A DNA stretch of 14,196 nt, taken from the NCBI GenBank assembly GCA_000388065.2, contig KB932202.1, one strand, 5' to 3'. The position numbers and the translations under genes were made by a program. How positions within the stretch are numbered: the stretch's first letter is position 1; every line of letters begins with the position of its first letter. Origin of the DNA: Fonticula alba ATCC 38817. Taxonomy: Eukaryota > Protista > Nucleariida. The notes under the pieces are model-generated. The model saw nothing but the letters and a program-made list of their open reading frames with translations. It was not told the origin of the DNA and did not search any database. Below are positions 9,163 to 14,196 of this stretch, piece after piece.

Positions 9163-9343
9163 CTGACGTGGGGCAGAGCGCAGGGGGGGGGGGNNNNNNN
9201 NNNNNNNNNNNNNNNNNNNNNNNNNNNNNNNNNNNNNNNNNNNNNNNNNNNNNNNNNNNNNNNNNNNNNNNNNNNNNNNNNNNNNNNNNNNNNNNNNNNN
9301 NNNNNNNNNNNNNNNNNNNNNNNNNNNNNNNNNNNNNNNNNNN
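9163..9343 (-). other. Probable 5'-UTR or upstream intron of ATG18 running into an assembly gap
   Basis: Acceptor-like CACGTCAG at 9164-9163, 32 nt before the ATG, preceded by a poly-C tract. N gap at 9194-9343. No convincing donor found. Confidence 0.4.
9194..9343. other. Assembly gap (150 N) between poly-G runs
   Basis: N characters in the sequence. Confidence 0.99.
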
Positions 9344-10505
9344 NGGGGGGGAGGGAGGGAGAAGGGGGGAAAGGAGGCGCAGCGGGAATATGCGGTGCAA
9401 TCAGAGGGGCAGACAAGCAAGCATGGGGGAGTGGGGCGGAGGAGGGGGGGAACGGTGCGAGTTAATGCAGGCCCAGCCGCCCAGGGCAGCTTTTTGCCCT
9501 TCCATCCGCCGAAAAGCAGTGGCTAATCCGTGCGGGCGATCCGTCGTCTCCCTCGGTCGATCATATTCCTCCTGAACAAGACGTTCAACTGTCCCCCCTC
9601 GCCAACACGAGTGCCTTCCGGCACAGTGCGCGCGCTTCCGAGGCGTGTCTTGTCTCTTTTTCCTTCCGCCAAGTCGGCCTGAGCCACGGACGCCCATCGA
9701 ACCATGGGCAGTAAGGGAGGCAACAGCCAACGGAGGTGCACCTCCCAGAAGGGAAAGTGGGGCATGTGATATTGCAAAGGCTTGTGATATAGACACGGGC
9801 ACTGTGGGCTATATTTGTGCGGGGGCCGATCGGGCGCCATGCGTCAAGTCGAACACGGGGGGGGGGGTGGGGGGGGATTGCGGTCAATATTGCCTGCGCC
9901 TTCGTGGGACTCTTTCATGTCACCCTTTCCGCGGCTTGGGTAATGCTGCCAGGAGGAGGGACACTTGAGCAAGAGCCTCACTTGCACAAGGACATATCGG
10001 GTGGCCCCCTTTCATCCGTGCCGCAATGCGCCGCGGGTTGTCCCTGCTCCCCCAAGCACCCCGCATATGGCCTGCCACTTGTTCTTTGTCCCCCCCCCCC
10101 CCCCCCCCCCTGGCGAGATTGACACGCTGCGGGGATGTGGATTTGAAAAATGTCTATTGGTGTACTTCTTTGTGCCCCACAGCTTTCCCGTGAAAAAGGC
10201 GGGGGCCCGCGTGCGGTGTGAGTGTGTCTCTCTCGGTTGTGGGCTTTGTCTTCCGATGCCTCTTGTCGAGGATCGCATGGGGGAGAGAGAGAGGCCCCGG
10301 CGCCGAGGTCGCGGTCGAGGGGAAGGGCCGAGAAAGCCCAGCGAGGGCGGCCGTCCCAGGGAGTCCTGGGTTTGCACAGAGGAAGTGAGGGAAATATCTC
10401 ATGCGTCCTCTCTCACACGCATGGGTGTGTATGATGGAGCGCTGCCCTTCTCTCCTCCTCGCCCTGCTCTTCCGGTCTCAGTCCAGCCCCCCGAGGCACA
10501 GTGCG

Positions 10506-12434
10506 TCACTGTGAGGGGATGGCTGGCCGGCGCTCAAAGGCCGGGTCAGGCGGCAGCTCGGTGGAGAAGACACCGTCCCAAAGTTTGCTGGTGATGCCGA
10601 AGGCCTTTTGGTAGTCCTCATAATGATGGCGAAGGTGGTGGCGCTTGAGCACGGCCATTGGGCGGTTCCAAAGGCGATCGGCCAGACGCTGGGCCACCGA
10701 GGCACCGGACTTGGCGCGGCTCCGCAGAGCCACCTGGGCCGTGCTCGGCACCCCATGGTGGAGATAGTAATGTGTCAAGTCATAAAGCAAGAAGCCGGTC
10801 AGGCCTCCGGCGAAGGCCAGGAAAAGGATGCGGTCCGGGAAAAACATGCGGTAGCCGAAGAAAATGGGCGTCATCAGGATCAGGGCCATGGCGGGAGGCA
10901 TCACCAAACGAAGGCTACCACGGGACGAAGGATGTTGGACACAGGGGGGGGGCGAGGGAAGGGAGGAGGAAGGAGATGGTGGGCGGGCGAGGGAAGGGGC
11001 GCGGTTAGATTGGCGGACATCGGGAGGCCCTCCCCCCTTGCTGCAAGGGCGGATGCCCCTGCCATGGCGGACGCCAGGGCCCCCCCCCCTCCCACTGGGG
11101 AAGGGCGGGGGCCGACAACACACCGGGGAGCACACGTACGGATCCATGGGAAGGAAGTGGTGGACGCCGTGCAAAACAAAATGCAGCAGAAGGGCCACCC
11201 GATGGTCGGGAACCAGGTCATCCAGATGGAAGAGGAAGCGATGGATGCTGTACTCCAGCAGGGACCAATTGAGGACACCGAAGAGGAACCACCCCATCAT
11301 GGTGCCCCAGGGGAGACCCCCGAGGCCGGGGCCTGTGGAGGGCTGCTGCATGCGTGCCCCGAGCACGAAGAATGTCACGATGACCGGCACCCAAACGAGG
11401 ACCGCCCACCAGGGCGTCCGGGAGAGGACCTCCAGGATGGGGTTGGCGAAGAATCGGGCCGACTGCCCGGTGGGCAGCACGGCAGGGGTGTGCGTCAGGC
11501 GCAGGTACGCCTCGCGGTTCAAGCGCAAGTTCCAGATCTGCTGGACGATGGGCTGCGTGAGGTCAATCGAGTGGACGGCCTTCTCCGGGGGGGTCTGGAA
11601 GAGGGCCCGGGACCGGAGATCGGCGGCTGGCTGGGCGGCGGTGGCCGATGTGGTGGCTTCCTTATGCGGCTGGCGAGCCGTGCGAGGGCCAGCAGCCACG
11701 GTCGCGGGCCCCGGCGAGGGCAATGCCGCGGAGGATGGCGACGCGCTTGACAGGCTGACAGTCATGGCCGAGGAGCTGCACTCGAGAGTGCGGCCATCTT
11801 CCCACGGGCCGGGCCCCGGGGTGCTGGCATCGACCACCTCATCCAGGATGCCGATGGCCAGGTTGCTGATCAGCGCGATGGCCATGTCGCTGTGGCGATG
11901 GGGCCGGGACTCGGGGGCGCGTTCGGCCGAGCGCTGGAGCTCGCGCTCGGTCAGCGCCACCCCAGGACGGCCGTAGTGCCCGCGGATGATGTGCGACACA
12001 TCCTTGCCCCTCCATTCCCACATGGCCTCGGCTCCCCCGGGGTGGACCTCGGCAAAGTGCGTCGCATCGACCACCACCCCGTCGATGATGAGAAGGAGGC
12101 GGGCATGGCCATCCGCCACAGCGCCGCCCTTGGCCGGGGCGTGCCCCGCCAGACGGGCCACCTCCTGCCGGGTGAAAACATTGCGCGCCACCTGCGCCGG
12201 GATCGGGTGCACCGAGTGGGGACCATAATTCAAGTAGCCCCCGGTGTGGGCATTCACCAGGCAGGCGGTCGTGTCGCTGGGCGTCGGGGGAACCCTGGTG
12301 TCGGGTGGCATGGTGTCAGGCCCCGGTGGGTCGATGGGGCTGGTTGTCGGACCGGCGAGATGCTGCTTCAGGGTGTCCGGGCGCGGGGCCGGGGCATCCC
12401 GGTAACTTAAGAGCGTCGGGCTTTGCGGGGGCAT
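10506..12434 (-). CDS. SCS7: Cytochrome b5-fused sphingolipid fatty acid 2-hydroxylase (SCS7/FA2H); exons 12434-11140 and 10914-10506 (567 aa)
   Basis: b5 heme motifs HPGG and HRHS. Desaturase/hydroxylase His boxes EYSIHRFLFH, HFVLHGVHH, YDLTHYYLHH, KRHHLRHH. Also LTRTPWW-like LSRTPWW and FGITSKLWDGVFST. Removing intron 11139-10915 (GTACGT...TAG, 225 nt) restores HFLPMDPLRLVMPP. The start codon is uncertain because of an acceptor at 12459-12458. Confidence 0.92.
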   Translation of the reverse strand: MPPQSPTLLSYRDAPAPRPDTLKQHLAGPTTSPIDPPGPDTMPPDTRVPPTPSDTTACLVNAHTGGYLNYGPHSVHPIPAQVARNVFTRQEVARLAGHAPAKGGAVADGHARLLLIIDGVVVDATHFAEVHPGGAEAMWEWRGKDVSHIIRGHYGRPGVALTERELQRSAERAPESRPHRHSDMAIALISNLAIGILDEVVDASTPGPGPWEDGRTLECSSSAMTVSLSSASPSSAALPSPGPATVAAGPRTARQPHKEATTSATAAQPAADLRSRALFQTPPEKAVHSIDLTQPIVQQIWNLRLNREAYLRLTHTPAVLPTGQSARFFANPILEVLSRTPWWAVLVWVPVIVTFFVLGARMQQPSTGPGLGGLPWGTMMGWFLFGVLNWSLLEYSIHRFLFHLDDLVPDHRVALLLHFVLHGVHHFLPMDPYVCSPVCCRPPPFPSGRGGGPGVRHGRGIRPCSKGGGPPDVRQSNRAPSLARPPSPSSSLPSPPPCVQHPSSRGSLRLVMPPAMALILMTPIFFGYRMFFPDRILFLAFAGGLTGFLLYDLTHYYLHHGVPSTAQVALRSRAKSGASVAQRLADRLWNRPMAVLKRHHLRHHYEDYQKAFGITSKLWDGVFSTELPPDPAFERRPAIPSQ

Positions 12435-12457
12435 GTTCCTGACCCGGTGTCTCGTGC

Positions 12458-12800
12458 CTGGCACAGGTCAGTTGGGTTGCACGCGAGCGTGCATGCAGGC
12501 ATGGTCCGGGCTGTCAGTGTGTCTATCCACGGAGTCAGATGCGGGTGGTGAGGAGGAAAGCAGGCAGGGCGAGGGAGGCAGAGATAGGGAGAGAGAGAGA
12601 GAGAGAGACGGAGGGGGAGTGTGTAATAGGATGGGGCCAGGGCCCTCGGGGAGGGGATGGATTGGGCGGAGGCGGAGGGCGGGATGTGAGCTGGGAGGGA
12701 TGTGTACTTTGACAGTAGCGGTGGCGATCACAGCAAGGAGAAGGGGAAGCACACGAAGGGAGAGGCGGAGGAGGGGGGCGGGGCAAAGGCGAGAGTTGTC
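12458..12800 (-). other. Probable 5' intron of SCS7 (UTR or coding); upper boundary approximate
   Basis: CTGAC branch-like motif directly before CCTGTGCCAG (AG at 12459-12458), with a long minus-strand pyrimidine tract upstream. Donor not identified. Confidence 0.4.
12589..12608 (+). repeat. (GA)10 microsatellite upstream of SCS7
   Basis: Direct reading; part of a minus-strand pyrimidine tract. Similar (CT)n runs occur near 2953-2976, 4202-4220 and 5275-5301. Confidence 0.85.
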
Positions 12801-13271
12801 AAAGGAGGATGGACAGCTTTGATGCCCTCCACCGCCGGGGGGGGGAGGGTTATGGCGGAGCATCGTTTTCTATGGAACTCCTTTGGCCAGCGACCAATCT
12901 AGGCCATCCGGATCGGCACATTTCGGTGCATATGGAGGCGTGAAGTGACAAAGGGAAGGAGGAGGCGGGGCAGCGAGGGGGAGTCCGAGGGAGCGGGACA
13001 ATGCGAGAATGCGAGAGCAAGCGGCCGAGAGGAGGAGGCACAATGGCCGAGCCAGCAACATCCGGAGAATACACGCGCGGCGGACCTGTCGCGCTCGCCC
13101 GAACGAGGGCCGACGTGCGTTCTCATCCGGGGGCCGCCTCCAGCTACAAAAGCCATGTAGGTCCCCTGTCGGCCGACACACCTGGGCCCTGCGGCGCGAG
13201 GGGGTAGGGGACCGAGGTAGCTTCTTGCAGCTGACCCCCTGGCTGACTTGGGTGGAGGGACGCGATGCTCA

Positions 13272-13454
13272 TTACGTAACTTGCTGCCACTCTCGGGGGG
13301 GGGGGGCATGCCTGCGAGCAAGGGTGATACACGCCCAGTGTCGTCGATCCATGCCTTCCTGTTCCCGCCTCGCCTCCTCCTCCTCCTCCGCCGCCTGCGC
13401 CTCCGCCTCCGCCTGCTTGTCATCTGCCTCTGTCTCGTCCTCCCCTTGGCTCAT
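13272..13454 (-). CDS. Possible small acidic ORF or exon of an unidentified gene (MSQGEDETEADDKQAEAEAQAAEEEEEARREQEGMDRRHW...)
   Basis: In-frame GAG/GCG/CAG codon run with G-ending third positions, ATG at 13454, stop at 13274-13272. No recognisable homology. Confidence 0.3.
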   Translation of the reverse strand: MSQGEDETEADDKQAEAEAQAAEEEEEARREQEGMDRRHWACITLARRHAPPPREWQQVT

Positions 13455-13744
13455 GTCCGGCGGTGGGGCCGGGGTGAGGCCGCGGGGTCCGGCACATTCC
13501 CGGTCCGAGGCCGCACATGGCAGACCGCACGCTAGCGCGCCTCCGGGAGCATGTCCAGCCCCGCCGAGAGGGCGCAACCCATGTGGGTGCCTTGTCGCAT
13601 GTGGCGCCGAGAGGTCCAGGCATCCTGTGCATCCCCGGCCGAAGGAGACACATGCCCGGCCTTCTGGCAATGCGCCAGTGCCTTCCAGCAACAGCCCACG
13701 GGCCAGACTCACCCCTGCGCTCGACCCCCGGACCTCGCTGCCGT

Positions 13745-13775
13745 GGTGCGCATTTGGGGTGCGCATTTGGGGTGC
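13745..13775 (+). repeat. Tandem 13-mer (GGTGCGCATTTGG) x2.4
   Basis: Units at 13745-13757 and 13758-13770, plus partial GGTGC at 13771-13775. Confidence 0.85.
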
Positions 13776-14196
13776 CCCCTCCGCCCCCCCCTCCCTCGGC
13801 CGGGCTGAAGCGGCTCCCCACCTGGTCGGGCTTGAGGCTGGGGACCTGCGAGCTTGCCCCGGCCTTCTGACACCTTGACCAGCACACAGCCATCATCCAC
13901 ATGGCGGCGAGCGGAAGATCGGGCACCCTCTCCCGGAGGATGGATGGACGCCGCACGATCAGCACAGATCGTGCGGGCGTCCTCGATCGTGTCGTCTCTT
14001 GACCGGGGGCCGGACGGGACTGCCCTCACTATGTGACGACCCGGTTGTCATTGGTGTCCAGGGAGGGCCGGCTGCAGGGGCGGGCGGGAGAGTGGTCCCC
14101 GGGCCCCGGCATCTGGTCAGTCGTGGGAGCAGACGCATGAGCCTTTCACGCGGACCTGGCATTCGGGGACAACCAGCTGGTCGTGCCCCCCCCCCC

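Noticed and set aside
9685-9712. GGTTCGA and TGGCTCAG motifs (minus strand) resembling tRNA B and A boxes
   Set aside because: The order is wrong (B-like before A-like), the T-arm closure is missing and no cloverleaf forms; there is only a 6-bp GCCCAT/ATGGGC hairpin.
9764-9791. Repeated TGTGATAT upstream of ATG18 as GATA-factor sites
   Set aside because: It does not match WGATAR, and two 8-mers can arise by chance; nothing else supports it.
9401-9802. 133-aa minus ORF as an upstream ATG18 exon
   Set aside because: Codon usage (ATA, TCA, AGA; low GC3) is unlike the real exons, there is no good donor, and the PROPPIN blade 1 already begins right after the ATG at 9131.
10608-11976. Long plus-strand ORFs (380 and 370 aa) opposite SCS7, and similar ORFs opposite the other genes
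   Set aside because: Shadow ORFs expected on the antisense strand of GC-rich coding DNA.
10506-12464. Track ORF of 652 aa as a single-exon SCS7
   Set aside because: It includes the 225-nt intron that splits PMDP/LRLVMPP and starts at a GTG within an acceptor region.
1-14196. Functional gene cluster, CRISPR array, transposon, telomeric repeat or snRNA
   Set aside because: The four genes serve unrelated functions (telomere, sulfur metabolism, autophagy, sphingolipid). There are no spacer-separated repeats, terminal inverted repeats, transposase/RT motifs, TTAGGG arrays or recognisable U-snRNA signatures.

Overview
GC-rich eukaryotic genomic DNA with short spliceosomal introns (about 80-230 nt, C/T-rich on the sense strand) and two assembly gaps (N at 3786-3795 and 9194-9343). 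The raw ORF track is mostly shadow or intron read-through ORFs, so genes were rebuilt by hand from GT-AG sites, branch points and reading phase. Four genes result. (1) + strand, 5'-partial: a TRF/Taz1/Tbf1-like telomeric-repeat-binding factor with an N-terminal helical region resembling TRFH and a C-terminal telobox Myb domain, ending at 2775. (2) + strand: a 6-exon PLP-dependent cysteine-synthase-like protein of the MCY1/Cys12 type with an N-terminal membrane anchor (3804-5901). (3) - strand: a 9-exon Atg18/WIPI (PROPPIN) beta-propeller (9131-6231) with FARG instead of FRRG and an acidic LIR-like tail. (4) - strand: a cytochrome b5-fused sphingolipid fatty acid 2-hydroxylase, SCS7/FA2H (12434-10506). 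The models for genes 2-4 are phase-consistent and sum to whole codons (443, 648 and 567 aa). Gene content and style suggest a unicellular opisthokont, possibly Fonticula-like; this is an inference and was not verified. I found no RNA genes, mobile elements, CRISPR arrays or functional gene cluster. The most interesting signals are the TRFH-like plus telobox protein with an unresolved splice phase, the divergent PROPPIN lipid-binding site, and an in-frame poly-Leu/poly-Gln intron. All homolog comparisons are by eye against recalled sequences; no database searches were run.
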